From: Sulfurimonas sp.
Lineage (GTDB): Bacteria; Campylobacterota; Campylobacteria; Campylobacterales; Sulfurimonadaceae
Length of the DNA: 36,393 bases
Assembly: GCA_027066935.1 (NCBI GenBank)
Contig: JAMOMX010000274.1
Coordinates: forward strand, 1 to 36,393
Direction: 5' to 3'
The position numbers and the translations under genes are program-made. Shown here piece after piece: positions 17,031-26,165 of the stretch. The notes under the pieces were generated by a model that did not search any database, was not told where the DNA came from, and saw only the letters and a list, made by a program, of their open reading frames with translations. Position 1 is the first letter of the stretch, and each line of letters opens with the position of its first letter.

Positions 17031-18188
17031 ATGATTGTATATCCAGATAAACTAAACATTATATTTGATAAATTCAAAAAGTTTAATATTAAAGCAATTT
17101 TTGTTGGTGGTTTTGTTAGGGATTTTTTTCTAAAAATCAACTCTAAAGATATCGATATAGAGCTTTATAATGCTGAGAGTTTTGAGCAAATAGTAGATAT
17201 TTTAAAAGAGTTCGCAAATCCAAATATTATTGGTAAAAGTTTTGGAGTAGTTAAGCTTAAGCTAGATGATTTAGATATAGATTTTTCACTCCCTCGCCTT
17301 GATAACAAAATATCAAAAGGTCATAGAGGATTTGAAGTAATGATAAATTCTACTCTAGATTTTGAAACAGCAGCTTCAAGGCGTGACTTTACTATGAATG
17401 CCATTGGATTTGATCCACACACTAAAAAAATGCTTGACCCATTTAATGGAGTAGAGGATTTAAAAAACAAAGTTTTAAAAATAATCAATCCTAAAACTTT
17501 TGTACAAGACCCTTTAAGAGTTCTAAGAGCTATGAGTTTTTGCGCAAGGTTTGAACTTAGATGTGATAAAAACTTGATTTTTTTATGCAAAAATATGCTT
17601 GAGCAAAATATGTTGAGTGAATTATCACAATCAAGAGTATATGAGGAATTTAAAAAATTATTTTTAAAATCTAAAAAACCATCTATTGGCTTGATTTTTT
17701 TAAAACAGATAGATGCTTTGGATTTTTTTAAAGAACTTAAGATGGATAATGAATCTTGGGCAAATACCTTATATTCAATAGATAGATTTTGTACTAATAA
17801 ATTAGAGGATGATAAAACTAATCTATTAATTATCTTAGCATTACTTTGTTATGAACTTAGTGATACAGATATAAAGACTTTTATATATAAACTAACTAAC
17901 AAGCGAAAACTTATAAGAGGTATTAAATCATTTCATCATGTAGCAAAATATTTGCAAAATAAAAGTACTAAATTATTATACAAAATCACAAAAGACATCG
18001 ATATAGAGAAGCTAACAGCTTTTTTAAATGCTATAGATATGCCAAAAGAGAGGATGAAGTTAGTCCCATTTATAAAACCAACAATGAGTGGTAAGGATAT
18101 TTTAAAAGATGAAATAAAACAATCTAAAGATTATTCCAATATTTTACAAACCATTTATGAGCAACAATTAAAAGCTAAGATACGCTGA
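17031..18188 (+). CDS. cca: Class II tRNA nucleotidyltransferase (CCA-adding enzyme family)
   Basis: VGGFVRD..DIDIE, RRDFTMNA, DPFNGVEDL, FVQDPLRVLRA. Confidence 0.85.
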   Translation: MIVYPDKLNIIFDKFKKFNIKAIFVGGFVRDFFLKINSKDIDIELYNAESFEQIVDILKEFANPNIIGKSFGVVKLKLDDLDIDFSLPRLDNKISKGHRGFEVMINSTLDFETAASRRDFTMNAIGFDPHTKKMLDPFNGVEDLKNKVLKIINPKTFVQDPLRVLRAMSFCARFELRCDKNLIFLCKNMLEQNMLSELSQSRVYEEFKKLFLKSKKPSIGLIFLKQIDALDFFKELKMDNESWANTLYSIDRFCTNKLEDDKTNLLIILALLCYELSDTDIKTFIYKLTNKRKLIRGIKSFHHVAKYLQNKSTKLLYKITKDIDIEKLTAFLNAIDMPKERMKLVPFIKPTMSGKDILKDEIKQSKDYSNILQTIYEQQLKAKIR

Positions 18189-19233
18189 TTCCATACTTTG
18201 GTAAAATGTCGTTAATAATATCAAACCTATGAGCCTTTAAGGCTACATGAAATAATCTCCAATTGCTATTCATAAAACTTTCTGTAAATTCAAATTTTTC
18301 ATCTTTATCATCAATATATTTATCTTGTTTTATAGAGTCATGCTTCCAAGAACCTTTTCCTTTGGCAATATAGCTTAAATCAGCAGCTCCAAAACTAAAA
18401 TCACCATTTTTTATTGATTTTAGCCATTTTTTATGTCTATCTTCACCATCTTCATCTCTAAAATTTTCTAAATTCAATCTAATTTGTTGCATATCTGAGT
18501 CTAATGGACTTTTAACCTCTCTGTCTACCTTGTCCAAATAAAGACATAATTGTTCAAATAAATCTTCACATGCTTTCATATATATATCTAAATTATTTCT
18601 TTTTACTTTTTTATTTAAACCATTGGTGTAACTCCAATTTAAAAATGGCATATCTGGACAAGCTAGTGCTGCTCCATGCCCCATTGGAAAACTGTTACTT
18701 AGAGCTTTAGATTTTAAATTATCAAAAAATCCCATATCGAAATTATGACATTTTAGGTTTTTAACTTTATTTACATCGTGTATAACTCCAGAGAACCCTT
18801 GATGAGCAAAAGTATCAGCAAATACATGCATTGTAATTCCTAGTCTATGCAAACAGTAAGGTTTATCTGTATCACTCATGCAAGCATCAAGTAAATCTAC
18901 TGCTATTGGACTATATGGTTTGCAAATAAGCTTGTTTATAAAACTTCCCTTTGGGTTCTTTCCCGCTACCATACCATCATTTCCTGGTAAAAAATGAAAT
19001 GGAACCCAAACTAAAAGGTTTTCTTCTGTATTTAAATGATGTTTAATGTCATATATTCCATGTGCTGAACTTAATCTACTAAACATTGCACCATTTGTAA
19101 ACTTTATTGTTCCATAATTTATTGCATCATCAACATATTGTGCAGAGTGTGCAACTATGCTAGCTTCGGTGTGTTCAAAACCTGCCATTCTTGAGAGTAC
19201 ATATGTTAACGTATGGTGTCCATCTATTTGCAT
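18175..19233 (-). CDS. DUF6765-like protein, predicted phospholipase C/P1-nuclease-type zinc hydrolase
   Basis: GHHTLTY, AQYVDD, PFHF, LGITMHVFADTFAHQGF, MGHG His/Asp motifs; family name from recall. Confidence 0.65.
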   Translation of the reverse strand: MQIDGHHTLTYVLSRMAGFEHTEASIVAHSAQYVDDAINYGTIKFTNGAMFSRLSSAHGIYDIKHHLNTEENLLVWVPFHFLPGNDGMVAGKNPKGSFINKLICKPYSPIAVDLLDACMSDTDKPYCLHRLGITMHVFADTFAHQGFSGVIHDVNKVKNLKCHNFDMGFFDNLKSKALSNSFPMGHGAALACPDMPFLNWSYTNGLNKKVKRNNLDIYMKACEDLFEQLCLYLDKVDREVKSPLDSDMQQIRLNLENFRDEDGEDRHKKWLKSIKNGDFSFGAADLSYIAKGKGSWKHDSIKQDKYIDDKDEKFEFTESFMNSNWRLFHVALKAHRFDIINDILPKYGISVS

Positions 19234-19275
19234 TTTTGCTCTTTTATGATTTGATTAGTAAATTGTATCTAAATA

Positions 19276-19298
19276 ATCTCAAAGTAAAACTTTGAGAT
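19276..19298 (-). terminator. Stem-loop terminator after cytochrome c553
   Basis: ATCTCAAAGT-AAA-ACTTTGAGAT, followed by TATTT on the minus strand. Confidence 0.55.
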
Positions 19299-19329
19299 GA
19301 AAGAGACAGAGGGTTAGGGAGAGTAAAGA

Positions 19330-19650
19330 TTATTTTTTAAAGGTGGTGATATAAGTAGATAATTCGCTAATATCATCTTTTGATAGAGCTGACAATTGCG
19401 CTTTCATAAGAGCCTTCATAGAAGCACCATAAGTTCCATCTAAATAACCATTCATTGATTTATTTAACTCATCTTCACTCATCTCAGCAATAACTAGTGA
19501 TTTTCCAAGAGCAACCTTTTCACCAACAACGCCATGGCACCCTATACATTTTTTATAGATTGAAGCACCATCAGCTAATAAAGTTGATGAAGATAATATA
19601 GCAGTTGCTAAAACTAAAGATTTTAATGTTGTTTTTAATGTAGTTTTCAT
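19330..19650 (-). CDS. Periplasmic monoheme cytochrome c553
   Basis: Signal peptide, ADGASIYKKCIGCHG, YGASMKALM distal Met region. Confidence 0.92.
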   Translation of the reverse strand: MKTTLKTTLKSLVLATAILSSSTLLADGASIYKKCIGCHGVVGEKVALGKSLVIAEMSEDELNKSMNGYLDGTYGASMKALMKAQLSALSKDDISELSTYITTFKK

Positions 19651-19676
19651 TTGAAACTCCTTGTTTTGATAAGGCT

Positions 19677-19708
19677 AGTTTAACAGTTAATTGTGAAAGG
19701 ATTGTGTA
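19677..19708 (-). promoter_or_regulatory. Direct-repeat regulator site plus extended -10 upstream of cytochrome c553
   Basis: Minus strand TACAC-N6-TTCAC, 10 nt ending TGT, then TAAACT. Confidence 0.65.
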
Positions 19709-19716
19709 GTTTTAAA

Positions 19717-20049
19717 TTATTTTAATTTACCAAATACTTTGTACTTTTGCCAATAAATATCAACACTCTCTTTTAATTGGTCTTGGCTTAATTTGCTTTT
19801 TTCTTTTAATCCAAATCTTTTTATAAAACTATCTGACATAACAGTTGTTTCATAAGCAGGATATTTTAAGTAACTTATAATCGCATTTTTCATATCTGTT
19901 TCACTACTATATATAAGAAGATATTTATAAAAATATTTATCTATACTTACAGGCAGTTTTTTATGACACTTTACACAATTATCTTCATATGCATCAGCAT
20001 TTAAAAAAGTAAATAAAAAAGTAAGAGTTAAAATTATTTTTATTACCAT
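19717..20049 (-). CDS. Small exported monoheme c-type cytochrome
   Basis: Signal peptide and CVKCH. Confidence 0.8.
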   Translation of the reverse strand: MVIKIILTLTFLFTFLNADAYEDNCVKCHKKLPVSIDKYFYKYLLIYSSETDMKNAIISYLKYPAYETTVMSDSFIKRFGLKEKSKLSQDQLKESVDIYWQKYKVFGKLK

Positions 20050-21227
20050 GTGATGATTACCTCTGTTCCTACATTTTCTTTTGAATCAATATTTATAGTT
20101 AAGTTATATTCTTGAGCTATTTGAAAAACTATATTTAACCCTATCCCAAATCCACCACTAGAGCTATTAAATCTTACATATCTATTTTGTAATTTAGAGA
20201 TATTTTTTTTCGCTATCCCTATGCCAGTATCTTTAACACTTAACTTATTTCCATCAACACTAACAACTATTTTTCCGCCAACATTATTATACTTAATTGC
20301 ATTAGAAATTAGGTTGTCTAAAAGTTTTGAGATTTTAAATTTATCTATATACATAGTAGAGTTTTTAATGATATTTTTATTGAGTATGACTTTTTTAGCT
20401 TGTGCTAAAGATGTGAAGTATTCAACTCTTTGGGTTATTAAATGCCCTATATCTATATTTTCATCATTTGCAGTAATTTTATCACTAAGAGTTAGATAGG
20501 TTAAATCTTGATAAATATTTGATATAGTTTTAGCCCCTATATCGATTCTATTTATTTTTTTTAGAAGTTTTTCATCTAAAGATGTTTTATCTATCATCTC
20601 TATATTTGCAACAATTGTACTAACTGGTGTATTTAGTTCATGAGTAGTATCTTTTATAAATTTATCTAAAAAGCTTATAACCTCACGCATAGGTTTTAAA
20701 AATAATCTAAGTAGTATATAACCAATCACCAACATAGGAAAAATTATTAAAATAGCAAAAATTATTATCTCTTTTTTAGTTTGTTCTAGCCATATTCCAT
20801 CATCTTTTATTTTTACTATCACATATCTAGCACCAAGATAATAAGATTCTGGAATATCAACCAAATAAATCATCCCATTCTCAAGATATAAAATCTTATC
20901 AAGTCTTAGTTTAGTTTTTGATGTCTCAAAGATAAGTTTTTTTTCATTATCAAAAATAGCAGAATCGTATTTATCGCTTCGTGGATATATCTGCGTTTTA
21001 TCAAAATTTATGTGAAGCTGCTTTAATGACTGAGTAAGCTCTTTTGAGTATTTTTGAAGGGTTGATTTTTTTTGCACAAGCATCAAGTCTTTTTGAAGTT
21101 CAAAATAGATAAATGAAAAGATAGAGATGATAATAAGTGTTAGTAAAACATATAAAGAAGAAAATCTAAAAAGTGTTTGTTTTTCACTTTGAGCTAAATC
21201 TGTATCCAAGCTTCTTGATGCTAACAA
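20043..21227 (-). CDS. Sensor histidine kinase (DccS/CrdS-like)
   Basis: Two TM segments, DTTHELNTP H box, NLISNAIKY, DTGIG, GFGIGL. Confidence 0.93.
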   Translation of the reverse strand: MLASRSLDTDLAQSEKQTLFRFSSLYVLLTLIIISIFSFIYFELQKDLMLVQKKSTLQKYSKELTQSLKQLHINFDKTQIYPRSDKYDSAIFDNEKKLIFETSKTKLRLDKILYLENGMIYLVDIPESYYLGARYVIVKIKDDGIWLEQTKKEIIIFAILIIFPMLVIGYILLRLFLKPMREVISFLDKFIKDTTHELNTPVSTIVANIEMIDKTSLDEKLLKKINRIDIGAKTISNIYQDLTYLTLSDKITANDENIDIGHLITQRVEYFTSLAQAKKVILNKNIIKNSTMYIDKFKISKLLDNLISNAIKYNNVGGKIVVSVDGNKLSVKDTGIGIAKKNISKLQNRYVRFNSSSGGFGIGLNIVFQIAQEYNLTINIDSKENVGTEVIITW

Positions 21228-21855
21228 TTTTATCCTTTCCTATAAGTTTTCTAAGATTTTTTATATAAGTTCTCAAAGCATTTTCACTTGCACTCTCTTC
21301 ATAACTCCATAAAGTATCATAAATTTTCTCATGGGAAAGTACTTGTTCTTGGTTTTGTAAAAAAAGTTTTAAGAGTAAAGATGTTTTAGTGTTTAGTTGA
21401 ACTTTATTTGAGTTTATGAAGAGTAGGTTTGATTCTGTATCGTACTCTATATTTTTGTCTATTTTAACCTTAGCGCTATTTTCATGAAAAAAACTTCTTT
21501 TTATAATAGTCTCTATCCTAAAAAGAAGCTCTTTTAAAACAAATGGCTTTCTTATGTAGTCATCACAGCCACTTTTGTATCCATCTTCCAAAGAATCAAT
21601 AGAATTTAGCGAAGTTATATAGATAGCTGGAGTTTTTACTCCACATTCACGCTTTTGTTTTAAAAGTTCAAACCCATCAATAAGTGGAACATTTACATCA
21701 AGTAAAAAAAGGTCAAAATTTTGTTCATATATGATATCGGATGCTTCCTCTCCGTTATAAGCAACCACTACTTCAAAGTTATTTTCCTCTAAAAAGTCAA
21801 CTATAGTTTCACTCAAAGTTATGTCATCTTCTAATAAAAGTACTCTTGTTTTCAT
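21184..21855 (-). CDS. OmpR-family response regulator (DccR/CrdR-like)
   Basis: LLLEDD, LLDVNVP, DDYIRKPF, winged helix ALRTYIKNLRK..GYRF. Confidence 0.95.
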   Translation of the reverse strand: MKTRVLLLEDDITLSETIVDFLEENNFEVVVAYNGEEASDIIYEQNFDLFLLDVNVPLIDGFELLKQKRECGVKTPAIYITSLNSIDSLEDGYKSGCDDYIRKPFVLKELLFRIETIIKRSFFHENSAKVKIDKNIEYDTESNLLFINSNKVQLNTKTSLLLKLFLQNQEQVLSHEKIYDTLWSYEESASENALRTYIKNLRKLIGKDKIVSIKKLGYRFSSK

Positions 21856-22082
21856 GATTTTTCTAATTTTTCTAGGTTTTTTTTATAGGTTTTTTTTTCT
21901 GCTTCATTCATAGTTTTAATTCTTATTTGAAGCTCATTTTTGAACTTTTGCAAATCAGATTTTTTTACATAACCAATGATAGATATAAGCTCTTGTGTAC
22001 TCATTTCACTAAAGTTCTCTTCAGCATACAAAAGAGAGGTTATAAGTAATGATGAAAGAAAAATAGATAAAATTTTAATCAT
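21852..22082 (-). CDS. DUF1104-like small periplasmic protein
   Basis: Signal peptide then NFSEMSTQELI..GYV..FKNEL..R; first gene of the two-component operon. Confidence 0.7.
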   Translation of the reverse strand: MIKILSIFLSSLLITSLLYAEENFSEMSTQELISIIGYVKKSDLQKFKNELQIRIKTMNEAEKKTYKKNLEKLEKS

Positions 22083-22114
22083 TATAAAGCTTCTTAATTA
22101 ATTTTGAATAAAGT

Positions 22115-22146
22115 ATAATAACATAAAAATGTAGATTGATTGTGGA
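22115..22146 (-). promoter_or_regulatory. Direct-repeat regulator site plus extended -10 upstream of the two-component operon
   Basis: Minus strand TCCAC-N6-TCTAC, 10 nt ending TGT, then TATTAT; same geometry as 19677-19708. Confidence 0.65.
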
Positions 22147-22265
22147 GTCTGCAATAGATAATTTAGCTTTTCAAATCAAAATATGTCAATTTGCCATCTT
22201 TTTAATCTCTTTATAAAAAAATTGCTATTGTTTGTAAATTTATATTTTTGTGAAGGAGATTTGTT

Positions 22266-23774
22266 ATGAAAAAAGTATCGTGTGCAACTTATGAAGGTCT
22301 TGATGCTAGAGTAGTTCATGTTGAATCAACTTTGACCAAAGGTTTACCATCTTTTAGTGTGGTTGGAATGGCAAGTATATCGATAAATGAATCAAAAGAG
22401 CGTGTTAAATCAGCACTTTTGAGTAATAATTTTTCTTTTCCTCCAAAACGGATAACTTTATCTTTGGCTCCCTCTGATGAAAAAAAAGAGGGGTCTCAAT
22501 TTGATTTGAGTATAGCTTTAATGATAGCTCTAAATACACAAGAGGATGATTTTAGTGATTGGTTTGTATTTGGTGAGCTAGGGCTTGATGGAGCAGTAAA
22601 GGAGAACAATAAGTTATACCCACTTATGTTATCACTAGCAAATCAAAAGCTAGTTAAAAAAGCTATAGTCCCATATCATAGTCTTAACAAACTCTCAAAA
22701 ATTCCAAATATTGAGTTTTATGGAGTAAAAACGCTCCAAGAAGCGATAGATTTGCTTAAAAATCAAACCAGTGTTAATCCAAGCATGGAGCAGGGTGGTA
22801 TTGATTATCCTAGTTATAAAATTAAAGATGAAGAGTATTATTATGTAAAAGAGTATGAAGATGATTTTTTAGATGTTAAAGGTCAAGAGGTTGCAAAAAG
22901 AGCAGCACTTATAGCTGCATCTGGATTTCACAACATTTTATTTGTGGGAAGTCCAGGTTGTGGCAAGAGTATGATAGCAAAAAGACTAAAGTATATATTG
23001 CCACCTATGAGTAGTGAAGATATATTAGATGTTGCAAAACTTCAAGCATTGGATTTTGTTGAGCCAGATTTTAAACCACACAGAACTATGAGAAGTCCTC
23101 ACCATTCATCTACTCTTGCAAGTGTATTTGGTGGTGGATCTTTTAAAGCTCAAATAGGTGAAGTTGGTTTAGCCCATAATGGAATTTTATTTTTTGATGA
23201 ACTGCCACATTTTTCTAAAAATGTATTAGAGGCACTAAGAGAGCCAATGCAAGATGGAAAGATACGAATATCAAGAGTAAATTCAAAAGTTCAATATCCA
23301 GCAAATTTTCTTTTTATTGGGGCTATGAATCCATGTCCATGCGGAAATTTACTAAATGATTCTCGTGAATGCAGATGCAATGAACTAGAGATGCAAAGAT
23401 ACAAAAACAGACTCTCTGAGCCTTTTTTAGACAGAATAGATTTGAGTGTAACTATGCAAAGTGTAGATGTAAATGATAAAACCAGTTACACATCAAAAGA
23501 GCTTCATAAGATGGTTGTTCAATCTCATATTTTTGCTAAAAAAAGGGGTCAAAAAAGATTTAATGCTAAACTTAATGATAGTGAGATAGAGACTTATTGT
23601 ATATTAGATGATGAAGCTCAAAGTACTTTAGATCTAGCTATTAGCCGTTTCGATTTATCATTTCGTGGCATTAAAAAAATTCAAAAAGTTGGACGCACCA
23701 TTGCTGATTTAGACTCTTGTGAGAGTATAGAAAAAAAACATATCTTAGAGGCTCTTAGCTACAGAAAACGATAA
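22266..23774 (+). CDS. comM: ComM/YifB Mg-chelatase-like AAA+ ATPase
   Basis: ESKERVKSA, GELGLDG, GSPGCGKSM, RSPHHS, LFFDELP, AMNPCPCG. Confidence 0.93.
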   Translation: MKKVSCATYEGLDARVVHVESTLTKGLPSFSVVGMASISINESKERVKSALLSNNFSFPPKRITLSLAPSDEKKEGSQFDLSIALMIALNTQEDDFSDWFVFGELGLDGAVKENNKLYPLMLSLANQKLVKKAIVPYHSLNKLSKIPNIEFYGVKTLQEAIDLLKNQTSVNPSMEQGGIDYPSYKIKDEEYYYVKEYEDDFLDVKGQEVAKRAALIAASGFHNILFVGSPGCGKSMIAKRLKYILPPMSSEDILDVAKLQALDFVEPDFKPHRTMRSPHHSSTLASVFGGGSFKAQIGEVGLAHNGILFFDELPHFSKNVLEALREPMQDGKIRISRVNSKVQYPANFLFIGAMNPCPCGNLLNDSRECRCNELEMQRYKNRLSEPFLDRIDLSVTMQSVDVNDKTSYTSKELHKMVVQSHIFAKKRGQKRFNAKLNDSEIETYCILDDEAQSTLDLAISRFDLSFRGIKKIQKVGRTIADLDSCESIEKKHILEALSYRKR

Positions 23775-23817
23775 GCAATAGGGGATAAAAAAATAATGAA
23801 TTTTGGTATAACATACC

Positions 23818-24312
23818 TTACTGAAACGGCATTTTAGACATTATAATCTCCTTTATATCAACATATTGTTGACAATCTTTACCCCCTAATTTAATACACA
23901 CTTGTTGCCATCTTTTTGAATGACCTTTGTCTTTTGTGTGTAGATATCCAAGTTTAAACATGAGGGCATGAGCATATTCGTGTGCTATTACACTATCAAT
24001 CATATAATCCATACTCTCTTGCATCACTTTTTTGTTAAGATAAATTTTTATTATTCCATCTTTATAAGAGGTAAGCCCATATAGCTTACCCTTAAATTTA
24101 TCTGTAACTATAAGTGGAACTTTAAATGTAAAACCAAACTCCCGCTGCATATGCTGTAACACCTCTTGCTCTTTATTTAAGATTCTTTTTTTGTAGTTAT
24201 CTGATATATCATTGTTTTTAAAAGAGTAGCTTTTATAGTAGTTATATGCTAAGACTGTGATAGATATTAATATTATGCTGATAAAGATAAGCTCTAATCT
24301 TTTTTTAAACAT
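23818..24312 (-). CDS. Membrane-anchored SprT-like zinc metalloprotease
   Basis: N-terminal TM, VIAHEYAHA and GHSKRWQ motifs. Confidence 0.8.
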   Translation of the reverse strand: MFKKRLELIFISIILISITVLAYNYYKSYSFKNNDISDNYKKRILNKEQEVLQHMQREFGFTFKVPLIVTDKFKGKLYGLTSYKDGIIKIYLNKKVMQESMDYMIDSVIAHEYAHALMFKLGYLHTKDKGHSKRWQQVCIKLGGKDCQQYVDIKEIIMSKMPFQ

Positions 24313-24318
24313 AGCTTA

Positions 24319-24663
24319 TTATAAACCTAACTCTTGCTTGCAGCTAACACAGTGTGATGATTCAGGGACTAATATCAATCTTTCAAATAAAATATCCTCT
24401 TCACACTCCATACAAATTCCATAATTATCTTTATCGATTTTTGTAAAAGCATAAGTTAGCTTAGTTAATCTGATATTTGCTCCATCTAGCGCGTGCATAT
24501 AAATTTGTTGTTCTTGTATCATCTCTTGTCTAGTTAATCTTCCAATGGAGCAATCAGGAGCGATAGGTTTGCTTTTTTCTTTTAGCTCTATTATTTCCCT
24601 TTTTACAAACTCTATATCTTGTGTAATTTTATCTTTTATTTTTTGTCGTTGTGTATGGTTCAT
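24319..24663 (-). CDS. TraR/DksA C4 zinc-finger protein
   Basis: YGICMECEEDI..RL..VP....CVSC; SIGRLTR coiled-coil tip variant. Confidence 0.88.
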   Translation of the reverse strand: MNHTQRQKIKDKITQDIEFVKREIIELKEKSKPIAPDCSIGRLTRQEMIQEQQIYMHALDGANIRLTKLTYAFTKIDKDNYGICMECEEDILFERLILVPESSHCVSCKQELGL

Positions 24664-24700
24664 AATATATCACTACCTTAGTCTATTAAGAGATTAAGTA

Positions 24701-24709
24701 ATTATACCA
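24701..24709 (-). promoter_or_regulatory. Extended -10 promoter for the DksA-like/SprT-like pair
   Basis: TGGTATAAT on the minus strand 38 nt upstream of the start. Confidence 0.55.
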
Positions 24710-24889
24710 AACCTCATTAATAGATTAAACCAAAATTATGCAATGAATATTTAGTAAAATTTTCACAACAGTTACATTATTAAACAGTTCTATTTTAAAT
24801 TTAATTAAGTCTAATCTATTAAGTTTGCATAAATATCAGAAATGATACTATAGCGATTAAGAAATAATTAAAAAAAGGATTTTAATATT

Positions 24890-25630
24890 ATGAAAAATAA
24901 TATGAAAATGATTGCAATAGGACTTGCCGTATCTCTGTTACCAAGCATATCAAGTGCTGCTGGCCCGCACGATGGAATTACATGTTTAGGTTGTCATAGT
25001 ACTCACTTTGCTGTAGATGATAAAATATTTGCTGTAAAAAATGAAAAAATGAAAAACCCTTTAACTAGGGATAATTTTGACAAACTAACGGCAAAAAATT
25101 GTTTAGGTTGCCATGAGTTAACTGAATTAGGTGGTGCTGGAATTAGCCCTATTCACATGCATACAACTCACCCTATTGGAATGATACCAAATCCAAAAAT
25201 CGCAGATGTACCAGAAAACTTACTTAAAAGTGGAATGTTAGATTGTATTAGTTGTCATGAAGCACACCCATCAAACAAAAACTTTAAATATTTAAGAGTA
25301 GACACTGGTAAAGCAGGTGCTAATATTCAAAATCTTTGTGCTGTTTGTCATGATTCAAAAGTAGATTATGATACTGCCGGCATTAAGAATCTTAATGATA
25401 TTAAAATATTTACTGCTATGGATCAAGAAAAAGGTTCAGGTTTTTATGATAGGGACAAAGTTATTATTCAAAACAAAACTAAATCTTTCATTATGCCTTT
25501 AGGTGAAATAGGTGAAAATGATATCTCTCCAAATTATCAAAATCAACCTAGTTGGGTTTACTCTCCAACAATTAATGCTTTAGATGATTTCAAAAATGAT
25601 ACAAAAAAAGCAACACCTGTAAAAAAGTAA
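24890..25630 (+). CDS. Periplasmic tetraheme c-type cytochrome (doubled-CxxCH / c3-like)
   Basis: Signal peptide; CLGCH, CLGCH, CISCH, CAVCH with extra His (STH, THP, EAH). Confidence 0.88.
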   Translation: MKNNMKMIAIGLAVSLLPSISSAAGPHDGITCLGCHSTHFAVDDKIFAVKNEKMKNPLTRDNFDKLTAKNCLGCHELTELGGAGISPIHMHTTHPIGMIPNPKIADVPENLLKSGMLDCISCHEAHPSNKNFKYLRVDTGKAGANIQNLCAVCHDSKVDYDTAGIKNLNDIKIFTAMDQEKGSGFYDRDKVIIQNKTKSFIMPLGEIGENDISPNYQNQPSWVYSPTINALDDFKNDTKKATPVKK

Positions 25631-25637
25631 ATTAATT

Positions 25638-25666
25638 AATAACTCCTTTAAAAAAAAGGGGTTATT
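25638..25666. terminator. Bidirectional terminator between convergent genes
   Basis: AATAACTCCTTT / AAAGGGGTTATT arms. Confidence 0.65.
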
Positions 25667-26133
25667 TAACTTTGTAATCTCTTAAGCTCTTCTTTTACTT
25701 TTGCTACATGATCTTTAACGCGAACCTTTTCAAATACAGCTTTTACAACTCCATTAGGATTGATAATAAAAGTAGTACGCACTATCCCCATATACTCTTT
25801 ACCATAATTTTTTTTCATTTGCCAAACACCATACTTTTGCATCATCGTTGTATCTTCATCGCTTAAAAGAGTGATATCCAAATCTTTTTTTTCTATAAAA
25901 TTTCTATGTTTTTTTGTAGAATCTGCACTAACCCCAAGAATTATTGCATCTAAGTCTGAAAAATCAGATGTAGCTTCAGTGAACTCGCAGGCTTCAGTCG
26001 TACATCCTGGAGTGTTGTCTCTTGGATAAAAATACAAAATAATCCATTTGCCTTTTAGGTCTCGAGAACATATCTCTACATCATCTTGATTTGGTAAACA
26101 AAATTCTGGTGCTTTTTCATCAATTTTAATCAT
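25666..26133 (-). CDS. bcp: Thioredoxin-dependent peroxiredoxin Bcp
   Basis: LYFYPRDNTPGCTTEACEF. Confidence 0.95.
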   Translation of the reverse strand: MIKIDEKAPEFCLPNQDDVEICSRDLKGKWIILYFYPRDNTPGCTTEACEFTEATSDFSDLDAIILGVSADSTKKHRNFIEKKDLDITLLSDEDTTMMQKYGVWQMKKNYGKEYMGIVRTTFIINPNGVVKAVFEKVRVKDHVAKVKEELKRLQS

Positions 26134-26165
26134 CTATGTAATTCCTTTGCTTCAAACTAAGTGCA

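Noticed and set aside
16067-17590. Short alternative ORFs within typA and cca
   Set aside because: Overlap conserved genes; no independent signals
19621-19647. KTTL-KTTL tandem duplication in the cytochrome c553 signal peptide
   Set aside because: Two imperfect 12-bp units, in frame; no sign of phase variation
24762-24777. TTCAC-containing site upstream of the tetraheme cytochrome as a third DccR-like box
   Set aside because: Second half-site and spacing to a -10 do not match the other two sites
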